A DNA stretch of 64,000 nt from Candidatus Aldehydirespirator sp. GTDB lineage: Bacteria > Actinomycetota > Acidimicrobiia > Acidimicrobiales > Aldehydirespiratoraceae. This document shows positions 45,765-55,324 of the stretch, piece after piece (position 1 is the first letter of the stretch; every line of letters starts with the position of its first letter). Made by a program: the position numbers and the translations under genes. The notes below the pieces were generated by a model that saw nothing but the letters and a program-made list of their open reading frames with translations, did no database searches and was not told where the DNA came from. The DNA lies in NCBI GenBank assembly GCA_965205155.1, contig OZ242033.1, positions 2,677,537 through 2,741,536 on the forward strand. The letters are read 5' to 3'.

Positions 45765-47138
45765 ATGACCGGACACCCCTACGACCCTGCAGACTCCCGT
45801 TGCGACCTGCTCCTCAGCGGTGGCGCGGTCATAACGATGGACGACGAGCGCCGGATTCTCGAACCGGGAACGGTGGCGGTCACCGGGAACCGCATCAGCG
45901 CGGTCGGGTCGCACGCGGATCTGGGTTGCCTGGACGCGGCCCGCACCGTCGACTGTCGGGGATCGGCGGTGATCCCCGGGTTCGTGTCCGCTCACGACCA
46001 CCTGTTCCAGAACGCGGCCCGCGGCCTGGGCGAGGGCGTGGACTTCCGGGTGTGGCTGCCCGACTTCATGTTCCCGCTGGCCCTCAACATGACCCGCGAT
46101 GAGGCGGTCGCGGCGGTCACCATGACCATCGTCGAGCAGGTGCGGACCGGCACCACCGCAGTGCTGGACCATCACTACGCGGGAACCGACATCGAGACCA
46201 CCCTGGCCGTGGCCGAGGCCGTCGAGCGGGTCGGCATGCGAGGCGCAATCGGCCGGGGCCTCGGCCGCGAGCAGCCGTACCCCGAGTCGGAGCAGCTCTC
46301 CATGATGGATGCCGCCATCGATGCCCGGCCGGCGGGCAGCAAGGTCGAGATCTGGCCCGCACCGGGCGACATCATCTACAACGACCAGGACTTCGTGGCC
46401 GCCTCGGTGCAGCTGGCCCGGGACAAGGGCGTCGGCTGGCACACCCACTGCTCCCAGTACAAGACCGACCCCGACGTCTACTTGGCCGAGCACGGCATCC
46501 GCCCGGTTCTATGGCTCCACCAAGCGGGACTGCTCGGGCCCGACGGTCGCTTCGCCCACATGATCTTCCTCGACGACGAGGAGGTGTACAGGGCAGGTGA
46601 GAGCAATGCCGCCATCGCCTACTGCCCGATCTCCCACGGCGTCTTCGGGCTGGGGACCATGCGGCTGGCCGAGCTGCGGGCCGCGGGGGCGATCATCGGT
46701 CTGGGATACGACGGAGCGGTGGCCGGTTTCCGCAACGACATGTTCGAGCAGATGAAGATGGCGGTGATGATCCAGCGGCTCAAGGCCATGGACCCCACCC
46801 TGTCCGGCCCGGCCGAGGCTTTGGAATTGGCCACCCGGGAGGGCGCCCGCTTCATGGGGATCGACGCGGGGATACTCGCTCCGGGCAAGCTGGCCGACAT
46901 TGCTGTGGTGAACCTTCAGGGCGCCCACATGACCCCCCGTCCCGCGCCCGTAGCCGCCGTCGCCTACTCGGCCCGCAGCTCAGACGTTCAGATGACCATC
47001 GTCGGCGGAGAGATCGTCTTCGAGAACGGAGCTTGCACACGGGTCGACGAGGCTGAGGTGATGGCCGAGGCCAATGCCGCCGTTGAACGCCTGCTTAGCC
47101 GGCTGGACCTCGACCTTGGCATCCTCCGCCGAGCCTGA
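45765..47138 (+). CDS. Amidohydrolase (MTA/SAH deaminase-AtzA/TrzA group)
   Basis: PGFVSAHDH, RTGTT..DH, FAHMI, GYDG, GKLAD. Confidence 0.85.
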   Translation: MTGHPYDPADSRCDLLLSGGAVITMDDERRILEPGTVAVTGNRISAVGSHADLGCLDAARTVDCRGSAVIPGFVSAHDHLFQNAARGLGEGVDFRVWLPDFMFPLALNMTRDEAVAAVTMTIVEQVRTGTTAVLDHHYAGTDIETTLAVAEAVERVGMRGAIGRGLGREQPYPESEQLSMMDAAIDARPAGSKVEIWPAPGDIIYNDQDFVAASVQLARDKGVGWHTHCSQYKTDPDVYLAEHGIRPVLWLHQAGLLGPDGRFAHMIFLDDEEVYRAGESNAAIAYCPISHGVFGLGTMRLAELRAAGAIIGLGYDGAVAGFRNDMFEQMKMAVMIQRLKAMDPTLSGPAEALELATREGARFMGIDAGILAPGKLADIAVVNLQGAHMTPRPAPVAAVAYSARSSDVQMTIVGGEIVFENGACTRVDEAEVMAEANAAVERLLSRLDLDLGILRRA

Positions 47139-47156
47139 CCCGACCGCGGTCCGTGC

Positions 47157-47462
47157 TCAGAAGTCGAAGCCGTTGGCCGCTACCGGGGTGGTCATGCCCA
47201 TGTCGGGCGGGCCGTCCAGCAGGGCCATCATGGCCGGCATGGCGGCCTGCATGGCCTCGTTGCCGGCGTGCTGCTGAGCGGCTTCCATGCTCGACATGAG
47301 GGCGAAGAACCAGTAGGTGCCGTCCTCGCCCCGGTGGTAGGAGTACGACTCCACGCCGTCCACCGACTCGCTGGCCGCGACCACGGCCCGCAGCGCCTCG
47401 TCCATCTCGGCGCCCTTGCCCTCCTTGCAGGAGAACTTGGCGAACACTGAGACCTTCGACAT
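47157..47462 (-). CDS. ABM (antibiotic biosynthesis monooxygenase)-domain protein
   Basis: MSKVSVFAKFSCKEGK..GVESYSYH..QQH; RBS GAGGAA. Confidence 0.7.
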   Translation of the reverse strand: MSKVSVFAKFSCKEGKGAEMDEALRAVVAASESVDGVESYSYHRGEDGTYWFFALMSSMEAAQQHAGNEAMQAAMPAMMALLDGPPDMGMTTPVAANGFDF

Positions 47463-47576
47463 GTTCCTCGCCCTTTCGCGTGGTACCGACATGGCACAGG
47501 GCTTGCCCCCGGACCGCTCGAAGACGCTACCGGGCTGCATGGCTAGAGTCGTCCGCCCGAACCCGAAAGGAGCACC

Positions 47577-48101
47577 GTGGGGGAGAACCTGCGCTCGCGC
47601 ATCGAGATGACAAACACCGAGCTCGCCCGGTTCATCGACCAGTCGCGCACCTGCACTATGGCCACCGTCGGCCCCAGTGGAATGCCTCACGTCGTGGCCA
47701 TGTGGTACGCCTGGCTCGACGGCCAGGTGTGGCTGGAGTCGAAGGCCAAGGCCCAGAAGATCATCAACCTGCGCCGTGACGACCGGCTGTCGGTGATGAT
47801 CGAGGCGGGCAACACCTATGACACCCTGCGGGGGGCGTCGCTGGAGGGCCGCGGGGTGATCGTGGAGGATCCCGAGGAGGTCTGGCGGGTCGGGGTCAAC
47901 GTCTGGGAGCGCTACACCGCGCCCTACTCCGAGGACGTGCGGCCCCTGGTAGAGGCCATGCTGCACAAGCGAGTGGCGGTGCGCCTCGACGTTGAACGCG
48001 TCCGCAGCTGGGACCACCGCAAACTCGGGCTCGGCGCCATCGAGGTGGGCGGCACCACCGGACCGCACCTCGACGGGCCCGGCCTGCCGGGACCCGGCTG
48101 A
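47577..48101 (+). CDS. PPOX-class putative F420-dependent oxidoreductase
   Basis: MATVGPSGMPHVVAMWY..KAQKIINLRRD, SWDHRKL; RBS AAGGAG. Confidence 0.85.
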   Translation: MGENLRSRIEMTNTELARFIDQSRTCTMATVGPSGMPHVVAMWYAWLDGQVWLESKAKAQKIINLRRDDRLSVMIEAGNTYDTLRGASLEGRGVIVEDPEEVWRVGVNVWERYTAPYSEDVRPLVEAMLHKRVAVRLDVERVRSWDHRKLGLGAIEVGGTTGPHLDGPGLPGPG

Positions 48102-48135
48102 GGGTTGAGCCGGACGGGCCGCTAGGAAGACGAGC

Positions 48136-48939
48136 ATGGAACTGGGACGCCGCATGGCATCCACCGCCGGCCCCACCGCGGACATCTTCTCGCTGGACGG
48201 CAGAGTCGCCGTCGTGACCGGGGCCAGCGGGACGCTGGGAGAGCGCTACTGCCGGGTGCTGGCCGGCCGGGGAGCGACCGTCGTCGCGGCGGCCCGCAGG
48301 CTGGACCGGCTGGAAGCGTTGGCTTGCGAGGTGCCCGGCGTGGTGCCGGCAGGGTGCGACGTCACCGACGACTCGCAACTGCGGCAGTTGGTCGAGACGG
48401 CCGCCACCCATGGCGGCCCCGACATCGTGGTCAACAACGCGGGAACCAGCGACGCGGTGATCCGGGCCCACGATCAGGACCCTGATCATTTCCGGCGGGT
48501 GCTGGACATCAACCTCACGGCCGCATTCGTGCTGTCGGCGGCCGCGGCCCGTTGGATGATCGAGCACGGCCGGCCCGGCAACATCGTCAATGTGGCGTCG
48601 ATGCTGGGGATCGTGGCCTCCGGCGGCAACCACCAGGCCGGCTATGTCGCCTCCAAGAGCGGTCTGATCGGCCTTACACGGGAGCTGGCCAAGCAATGGG
48701 CCCCGGAGGGCATACGGGTCAACGCCATCGCTCCGGGCTACTTCCGCAGCGGGCTCACCGAGGAGATGTTCGCGGGCGACGATGCTCCCGGCCTGCGCCA
48801 TATCGAGCGCAACACCCTTATGAGGCGGGCAGGCGAGATCGACGAGTTCGACGGCGCCCTGCTACTGCTCGCCTCCGACGCGGGCAGCTACATCACCGGC
48901 CAGACGATCGTCGTAGACGGCGGCTGGACGGCCCGGTAG
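48136..48939 (+). CDS. SDR-family oxidoreductase
   Basis: TGASGTLG, NNAG, YVASK, VNAIAPG; start may be ATG 48154. Confidence 0.9.
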   Translation: MELGRRMASTAGPTADIFSLDGRVAVVTGASGTLGERYCRVLAGRGATVVAAARRLDRLEALACEVPGVVPAGCDVTDDSQLRQLVETAATHGGPDIVVNNAGTSDAVIRAHDQDPDHFRRVLDINLTAAFVLSAAAARWMIEHGRPGNIVNVASMLGIVASGGNHQAGYVASKSGLIGLTRELAKQWAPEGIRVNAIAPGYFRSGLTEEMFAGDDAPGLRHIERNTLMRRAGEIDEFDGALLLLASDAGSYITGQTIVVDGGWTAR

Positions 48940-49000
48940 AGCACTCAGCCCCGCGGCACTGAACGGCGCGAATGCCCCGCGCCTCAACTTCGGGCGGTTT

Positions 49001-49018
49001 GGGGCGATTATTCGCCCC
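49001..49018. terminator. Hairpin between convergent genes
   Basis: GGGGCGA-TTAT-TCGCCCC, preceded by TTT (a short U-tract for the minus-strand transcript would need As here, so only the hairpin is supported). Confidence 0.35.
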
Positions 49019-49039
49019 TGGGGCCGGGTATTCGATCGG

Positions 49040-50218
49040 TTAGGCCGCGCCGGCCCGGCGGTAGGCGTCCAGCACCAGGCCGTGGAAGTGGTGCACGCCG
49101 TGCTCGGACAGGCCCGAGCCGCCCGGGTCGCACACGATGCGGCCCTGGGTGAACGCGGGGGTGCGCATGCCCCGCTGAACGCTCTCCACTATGGCTATGT
49201 CCTCGGGCTGGAGCACCTCGTCGATGTAGCGGATCGACTCGATGTCGGCCTCGGACAGCTGGTCGTTCTCGAGGTAGAAGTCGATGGTCTCGAGGGTGCG
49301 CTCCGGCCCGGCCGGGACCATCTGCATGACGCTGAAGTTGCCCCGGCCGGGGTAGCGCATCAGGCAGGTGTTGGGCCACAGCCACCAGATCGCCAGGTCC
49401 TTCACCGAGGAGCCCTCGGTGTCGTAGGCCGAGTTGGCCGAGTGGCCGGCCCTCGCCATGTGACTTGAGTAGATGCCGTGGGTGGCCACCCGGTAGGTGT
49501 CCATCTCCACCAGCGTCACGAAGTCGGGATGGGCGACGTGGCAGTGGTAGCACTCCAGGAAGTTGTCGACCACGTTCTTCCAGTTGGAGGCGATGTCGTA
49601 TTCGAAGCGGCGCACGTGGGTGAGATCGGCCACGTCGGGCGCCCAGCGGGCGATCTCGTCGCCCAGGCCCCCGGACTGCTCGGCCAGGGGCGCGGCCGCG
49701 GGGTCGAGGTTGACGTACACGAAGCCCCCGAACTCGGTGGCCTGGACCTCACGGAGGCAGACGCTCGAGACATCGAACCCGGCCATGTCAGCGGTGCGCC
49801 GGGCCCGGGCCAGCCGGCCCGTCAGCTCGTAGGTCCAGCCGTGGTACCCGCACACGATGCTGTCGGTGCGGCCCGACCCGGAAAGAAGTTCGTGGGCGCG
49901 GTGCTGGCACACGTTGTAGAACGCCCGCAGCTCTCCGTCGCGGCCTCGCACCAGCGCGATCGGCATGCCCGCAATCTCGAGGGCCATGTACGAGCCGGGC
50001 TCGCGCAGCGACTCGACGTGACCGACCCACTGCCAGGTTCGGGCGATGATCTCGCGCTGATCGACCTCGTGCCAGCGAGGCTCGGTGTAGGCGTCGGCAT
50101 GCAGCGACATCGACCGGGTCGGATCGGGGTCGTAGCCCGCCGCGATTCCGACGACGGTGGCACCGCCGCCGTTGGCGGATGCCCGGCGCTCGGATGCTTG
50201 GGCCTCGGTGCTCGTCAC
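49040..50218 (-). CDS. Rieske non-heme iron oxygenase alpha subunit (CntA/YeaW-like)
   Basis: CQH..CGYH Rieske motif; NWKNVVDNFLECYHCHVAH; QGRIVCD..SGLSEHGV; TAGATT 7 nt before GTG 50218. Confidence 0.85.
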   Translation of the reverse strand: MTSTEAQASERRASANGGGATVVGIAAGYDPDPTRSMSLHADAYTEPRWHEVDQREIIARTWQWVGHVESLREPGSYMALEIAGMPIALVRGRDGELRAFYNVCQHRAHELLSGSGRTDSIVCGYHGWTYELTGRLARARRTADMAGFDVSSVCLREVQATEFGGFVYVNLDPAAAPLAEQSGGLGDEIARWAPDVADLTHVRRFEYDIASNWKNVVDNFLECYHCHVAHPDFVTLVEMDTYRVATHGIYSSHMARAGHSANSAYDTEGSSVKDLAIWWLWPNTCLMRYPGRGNFSVMQMVPAGPERTLETIDFYLENDQLSEADIESIRYIDEVLQPEDIAIVESVQRGMRTPAFTQGRIVCDPGGSGLSEHGVHHFHGLVLDAYRRAGAA

Positions 50219-50297
50219 GTGTCCCAATCTAGACCCAGGTCGTTAGTGTGCGGGCCAAGCGGACCCCCGGACGCGAGGCCCAGACTTGAAGAATCCC

Positions 50298-51575
50298 GTG
50301 ATGCCCGTCCGTCGAGGTCTCAGAGCAGCGGCCCTGGTCCTGATCCTGCTGGCCGCTGCCTGCAGTGAATCGGACGACGGCCCGGCAAGCGCCGCCCCCG
50401 AGACTGCCGGCACGACCGAGACGCAGCCAGACCAGGAGATGGGCGACATGGCCGGCAGCGGCCAGGACGGCAGCGGCCATCACGACCATGGCAGCTCCAT
50501 CGAAGTGGCCGAGGGCGGGCCGGTGCCGACCATCGCGATCGAGGTCAGTGAGGACCCAGTGGAGGGGTGGAACCTCCGCGTCCGCACGACCGACTTCGAG
50601 ATCGTGCCCGAGAACGTCTCCACCGCCCACATCGACGGGCAGGGCCACATGCACCTCTACATCGACGGGGAGAAGGTGTCGCGGCTCTACGGCGAATGGC
50701 ATCACATAGGCCCGCTCGCGCCCGGCGAGCACGAGGTGCGGGTCGAGCTGTCGGCCAACGACCACTCGGCAATGGCCGCCGGCGGCGAGATCATCGACGC
50801 CACCGCCGTCATCGTGGCCGCAGAGATGGACGACCAAGCCACAGGCCACAGCCACGCCGAGCCGAGGGAGGCTCGGGAGCCGCACCCGTCGGTGACTGTG
50901 GAGCTGGTGGACGACCCGGCCGGAGGATGGAGCCTCCACGCGATGCCCTCCAACTTCCGTCTGGCCCCTGAGAACGCCTCCGGCGACCATGTCGACGGCG
51001 AGGGCCACATGTACCTGGACATCAACGGCGAAGAGGTGGCCCGGATCTACGAGACGTGGTCCCAATTGCCGCCGCTGCCGGCCGGGACTCACGACATCAC
51101 GGTGTCCCTGCGGAACAACGACCACGCCCCGGTCACCAGGGGCGGCGTCGCGATCGCGGCGTTCGTCACGCTGGAGGTGTCAGAGGACGAAGCCACCATT
51201 CAGACCGGCCACGACCACCACGACGAAGCCGGCACCGACCCCGACGACACGCACGACCACGATCACGGACCGGCAGGTGAGTCGACCCGGTACGACGCCG
51301 ACGTGGCCGACGCCGTCCAGACGATCACGGTGGATGCGGTGGACGGTGCCCCGGTGGGCGGATTGCGGCGGGTGGAGGTCGAGCTCGGCTCGGTGGTGGC
51401 ACTGATGGTCACTTCCGACATCGCCGAGGAGGTCCATGTCCACGGATACGACATCCTGCGGGCCGTGTCCGACGGCCATCCGGCCCATTTCGCCTTCACC
51501 GCGTCGATCCCCGGTGTGTTCGAGGTGGAGTTCGAGGGCTCGGGCCGCCTGCTCCTGTTGCTGGAGATCTCCTGA
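50298..51575 (+). CDS. His-rich lipoprotein with a duplicated beta domain and a cupredoxin-like C-terminus
   Basis: Lipobox LAAAC; [16 protein letters not shown] and [16 protein letters not shown] repeats; [16 protein letters not shown]. Confidence 0.7.
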   Translation: MMPVRRGLRAAALVLILLAAACSESDDGPASAAPETAGTTETQPDQEMGDMAGSGQDGSGHHDHGSSIEVAEGGPVPTIAIEVSEDPVEGWNLRVRTTDFEIVPENVSTAHIDGQGHMHLYIDGEKVSRLYGEWHHIGPLAPGEHEVRVELSANDHSAMAAGGEIIDATAVIVAAEMDDQATGHSHAEPREAREPHPSVTVELVDDPAGGWSLHAMPSNFRLAPENASGDHVDGEGHMYLDINGEEVARIYETWSQLPPLPAGTHDITVSLRNNDHAPVTRGGVAIAAFVTLEVSEDEATIQTGHDHHDEAGTDPDDTHDHDHGPAGESTRYDADVADAVQTITVDAVDGAPVGGLRRVEVELGSVVALMVTSDIAEEVHVHGYDILRAVSDGHPAHFAFTASIPGVFEVEFEGSGRLLLLLEIS

Positions 51576-51609
51576 TAGGGCTCCCGTGACGAGCGACTCA
51601 TGTCCCAGC

Positions 51610-51931
51610 ATGCAGGACCTGCTCGCCGGCAACGCCGCCTTCGCCCGGGACTTCGACGGTGCCGGGATGCCGGCGGTGCCGGCGCGCCGGCTGGCGGTGG
51701 TCGCCTGCATGGACGCCCGGCTCGATGTGCTCAGGATCCTCGGGCTGGGGGCCGGCGAGGCCCACATCATCCGCAACGCCGGGGGAGTGATCACCGACGA
51801 CGTGATCCGAGTCGATGCGGCGCCTGCGCTCCTCCCCGTTCCTGCCCTGCAAGGACCACATCCGGGGCTTCGTGTACGACGTCGCCGACGGCACGCTCCA
51901 CGAGGTGGAGGTCCCAGCCGACGCGCCGTAG
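51610..51931 (+). pseudogene. Beta-carbonic anhydrase (Rv1284-like) with an internal deletion and frameshift
   Basis: First frame: [20 protein letters not shown]. After ~51811 a shifted frame gives [32 protein letters not shown]. The central HxxC region is absent. Confidence 0.85.
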
Positions 51932-51981
51932 AAGCTACGGTCTAGGAGGCTCCAAGGGTCGGTCAATGTAGGGGGAGGCGA

Positions 51982-52896
51982 ATGGACTGGTTCCGCACCC
52001 GGAAGCTCTCCCACGGTGTCTGGCTGGTTGCCGAGCCAGCACTAGTCAATCTATGGCTCATCACAGGCACCGAACGCGCCGTCCTTCTCGACACGGGTTG
52101 CGGCATCTCGCCGATCCGGCCTGTCGTCGCCGCGCTGACCGATCTGCCGGTCACCGTGATCAACACCCACTATCACTCCGATCACATCGGCGGAAACTCT
52201 GAGTTCGACGAGGTCATCACCCACGAGCACGGTGCGGAACTGGTAGCCGCACCCCTTGCGGAGGAATGGCGTTCAGGGTTCGCGAGCTACCTGCGCGACC
52301 TCCTGGCGTGCGCCGACGCGTATCGAACGATCGATCGGAAGCACTTCCACCTGCTCGAGTCGTTCAACGACATCGGGCCGCTGCCGCCGGGGTTCGACTT
52401 GGACTCGTGGAACATTGTCACCGGCCCGCCAACTTCCACCGTCACCGACGGCGACCGGATCGACCTAGGGAGTCGGACTCTGGTCGTGATGCATACGCCC
52501 GGCCACACTCCTGACTCGATCTGCCTGTATGACGAGCGCGACGGCCTCCTGTTCACAGGCGACACAGTGTTGACCGGAGCGAACCTGGCGCAGTTCAATG
52601 AAGCCGACCTCGACGCCTATGCGGCGTCGACGCGGCGACTCGCAGACATGGCGGGCAACGTGAGCATGGTCGTCCCTCACCACTACGGCAGGACGACGAT
52701 CGATCCGGCGTTCCTGACCGAAGTGGCCGACGGCATGGAGGAGGTCGCGGCCGGTGAGGCCACCCTGGTACCGAGCATCGATCTGTTCAGCAATCAGGTC
52801 CTCGCAGCCATGTACGACCGCTTCAGCATCCTGGTCGCCGATCCCGATCTGGAACCGCTGCCCGAGTTCACCGACAACACCGGCGTAGACGCCTGA
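51982..52896 (+). CDS. MBL-fold metallo-hydrolase
   Basis: DTG, THYHSDH, TPGHT, FTGD; RBS GGGGAGG. Confidence 0.85.
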   Translation: MDWFRTRKLSHGVWLVAEPALVNLWLITGTERAVLLDTGCGISPIRPVVAALTDLPVTVINTHYHSDHIGGNSEFDEVITHEHGAELVAAPLAEEWRSGFASYLRDLLACADAYRTIDRKHFHLLESFNDIGPLPPGFDLDSWNIVTGPPTSTVTDGDRIDLGSRTLVVMHTPGHTPDSICLYDERDGLLFTGDTVLTGANLAQFNEADLDAYAASTRRLADMAGNVSMVVPHHYGRTTIDPAFLTEVADGMEEVAAGEATLVPSIDLFSNQVLAAMYDRFSILVADPDLEPLPEFTDNTGVDA

Positions 52897-52986
52897 GGGC
52901 GCCGACGACCTCATGGCGAAGCACAGAACGCCCGGCCAGACCGAGCCGACCACATCCACGAGGCCCTGACGGCAGCTCTCGGTCTC

Positions 52987-54246
52987 TCACGTCCGGCGAA
53001 GCTCGAGAAACGGCAGTGCCTTGACAATTGCGGGCACTGCAACATGGTCACCGGTGCCGGGAATCTCCCACTCGACCGCCACCACTGAGCCGACCTCGGC
53101 CACTGCCCTGGCCACATGGCCGAATCCGATGAGCTTCCCCACCGTTGGAGACCACGTCACGCTGGACGCTCGGCCCACCGTTTCACCATCGACGGTCACT
53201 CGCTTGGCGACCCACTCAACACGGGGCGAGATGGTTGGAGCCACCTCCCTCGTCACATGGGCGTCAACGACCGCCTTCCAGTCGATGTCGAGACCTACGA
53301 GCGTCCGACGTGGTCCCCCAGCAGCCAGTTCGGCGAGCAGAGCCTCCCGGCCGACAAAGTCGGGCTTGTCGAGATCGACGAAGCGCCCCATCCCAAGCTC
53401 GAATGGTGAAGATTGATACCCGGGATCACTCCCTGACGGAGTGTGACTGTCGGTCGGGCCGGGCCCAGCATGCGCGTAGTCAGCCCCGATGATCAGGAGG
53501 CCCGCCTCGACGCGAGCCACATCTATCGCCCACTCCCCGCACGGCCGCAATCCGAAGGTCTCGCCGGCTGTGGCCACCGCGTCCCATACTTCGGATCCGC
53601 TTCCGGCCCGCATCATGATCTCGTACCCCAACTCCCCGGTGAACCCTTGGCGTGCCAGCTCAACCTCGACCCCGCCCATCACTGCAGTTGTCCTCCGGGA
53701 GAAGTCGAGCCCGGACCAGTCCACGCCGGTGGCTGCCTCGACCACGTCGCGCGACCGAGGTCCCTGCACCATCAGGATCCCGTAGTCGTAGGTCTCGTCT
53801 GTGACCGCCACGTCGAATCCGTACGAGTTCTGACCGATCCACTCCAACACCGGGGCGCCGGTGAACCGGTAGCGCTGGGCGTCGACCCTGAATACCAGCC
53901 CGTCGCAGACGACCTTGCCCTCGTCGGTGCAGAACGGTGTGTACCAGACCGACCCGACGCCCAGATCGTCGGTCCGCCGCGGAATCAGATGGGCTAGGAG
54001 CCGGCCAGCGTCAGGGCCGCTGATCGTGCACTTGCTGAGCGGCGACATGTCGCCCATGGCGGCCGTCCGGCGGATTGCCCTCAGTTCGGCGTGGAAGTCG
54101 TCGTACACGTCGACGACGTGGTGAAGATCCCAGGCGAATACCCAGGGCGTCGCGCTTGACCGGGCTGTGCGCGAGTGCAGCGGCGTTCCGACGACACCAT
54201 CGGGCCGGAAGCGGCCCTCCCGGGCCTTCTCCCAACGTGCGGTCAT
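52987..54246 (-). CDS. GcvT-family aminomethyltransferase / THF-dependent demethylase
   Basis: TPLH, DMSPLSK, YTPFC..DG, QGPRSR, RQGFTGELGYEI, ARVEAG, WSP. Confidence 0.85.
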   Translation of the reverse strand: MTARWEKAREGRFRPDGVVGTPLHSRTARSSATPWVFAWDLHHVVDVYDDFHAELRAIRRTAAMGDMSPLSKCTISGPDAGRLLAHLIPRRTDDLGVGSVWYTPFCTDEGKVVCDGLVFRVDAQRYRFTGAPVLEWIGQNSYGFDVAVTDETYDYGILMVQGPRSRDVVEAATGVDWSGLDFSRRTTAVMGGVEVELARQGFTGELGYEIMMRAGSGSEVWDAVATAGETFGLRPCGEWAIDVARVEAGLLIIGADYAHAGPGPTDSHTPSGSDPGYQSSPFELGMGRFVDLDKPDFVGREALLAELAAGGPRRTLVGLDIDWKAVVDAHVTREVAPTISPRVEWVAKRVTVDGETVGRASSVTWSPTVGKLIGFGHVARAVAEVGSVVAVEWEIPGTGDHVAVPAIVKALPFLELRRT

Positions 54247-54265
54247 GGTGCCCCGCCTAGGAGCC

Positions 54266-54299
54266 TTGAAGCCTGCCCATGGCGATGATATTTTATCAT
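54266..54299. promoter_or_regulatory. Divergent promoter with a palindromic operator
   Basis: TTGAAG-N17-TATTTT, then GTG 54302; ATGATA-TTT-TATCAT (54285-54299) overlaps the -10. Confidence 0.7.
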
Positions 54300-54301
54300 A
54301 T

Positions 54302-55324
54302 GTGACGACACAGCTCAGCCGAGATCTGATTCGTGCCTTTCCGAAGGTGGAGTTGCACGTCCACGTCGAGGCCTGCATCAGCGGAGCCCGGATCGAGAGC
54401 CTTGCGGCCGAGGCGGGAGTACCCATGCTTCGACCGGTCGAGCAGCTGTTCGAGTACGACTCGCTCGCCGAGTTCCTCGAGATATACGAGTGGTGGTGTG
54501 ACCTGCTCCGAACGCCGGAGACAGCCGAGATCGTCGCCTACGACGCGGCTGCACTCCTGGCTGCGGATGGCATCGTCTACGCCGATGTGTTGACCGGTCC
54601 CCGGTACTGGGAGCATGTAGACGACCGGGAGCTGATCCGGGCCCTCGGCGCCGGCTTCGAGCGGGCTCACCGCGACGGCCTCGCCGACTGCCGCCTGGTG
54701 CCGTCAATCAGCCGGGAGCAATCCGCGCAGTGGGCCATGGAATTGGTCGAGTGGATCGGCGCCGAGCGTCCTACCCGAGTCGTGGGGCTCGGTCTCGACG
54801 GCAACGAAGCGGTGCTCGGGCGAACCACGCCCAAGTTCGAGGAGGCCTACGCGCGGGCCGGAGAGTTCGACCTGGGCCGTACTGTGCACGCGGGCGAGTC
54901 GTCGGGGCCCGAGGGGGTGCGCGACGTGCTCGACTACCTCCACGTCGACCGCATCGACCATGGAGTGCGTGCCATCGAGGATCCCGCCCTCACCGCGAGA
55001 CTCGCGGACGAGGGAGTCACGTTGAACATCACCCCGACGTCGAACGTGATCACGGGGCTCTACCCCGATCTGCCGAGCCATCCGGTCGGCAGGTTCATCG
55101 ATGCCGGCGTCCCGGTCACCGTCAACTCCGACGATCCGCTGGCCATGAACGTGACGTTGTCGGGCGAGTTCGAGGCGGTGGCTGGAATTCACGACTGGAG
55201 TCTCGACGATCTGGTCGCCGCGACCCGGCGCGCCGCCGACGCCGCCTTCTGCGACGCCACCGATCGTGCCGCGCTCCACGCCAGGATCGACACGTTCCTC
55301 GCCGAGGAGGTGGAGTCGATCTGA
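54302..55324 (+). CDS. add: Adenosine/adenine deaminase family protein
   Basis: PKVELHVH, HAGE, RIDHG, PTSN, NSDDP. Confidence 0.88.
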   Translation: MTTQLSRDLIRAFPKVELHVHVEACISGARIESLAAEAGVPMLRPVEQLFEYDSLAEFLEIYEWWCDLLRTPETAEIVAYDAAALLAADGIVYADVLTGPRYWEHVDDRELIRALGAGFERAHRDGLADCRLVPSISREQSAQWAMELVEWIGAERPTRVVGLGLDGNEAVLGRTTPKFEEAYARAGEFDLGRTVHAGESSGPEGVRDVLDYLHVDRIDHGVRAIEDPALTARLADEGVTLNITPTSNVITGLYPDLPSHPVGRFIDAGVPVTVNSDDPLAMNVTLSGEFEAVAGIHDWSLDDLVAATRRAADAAFCDATDRAALHARIDTFLAEEVESI

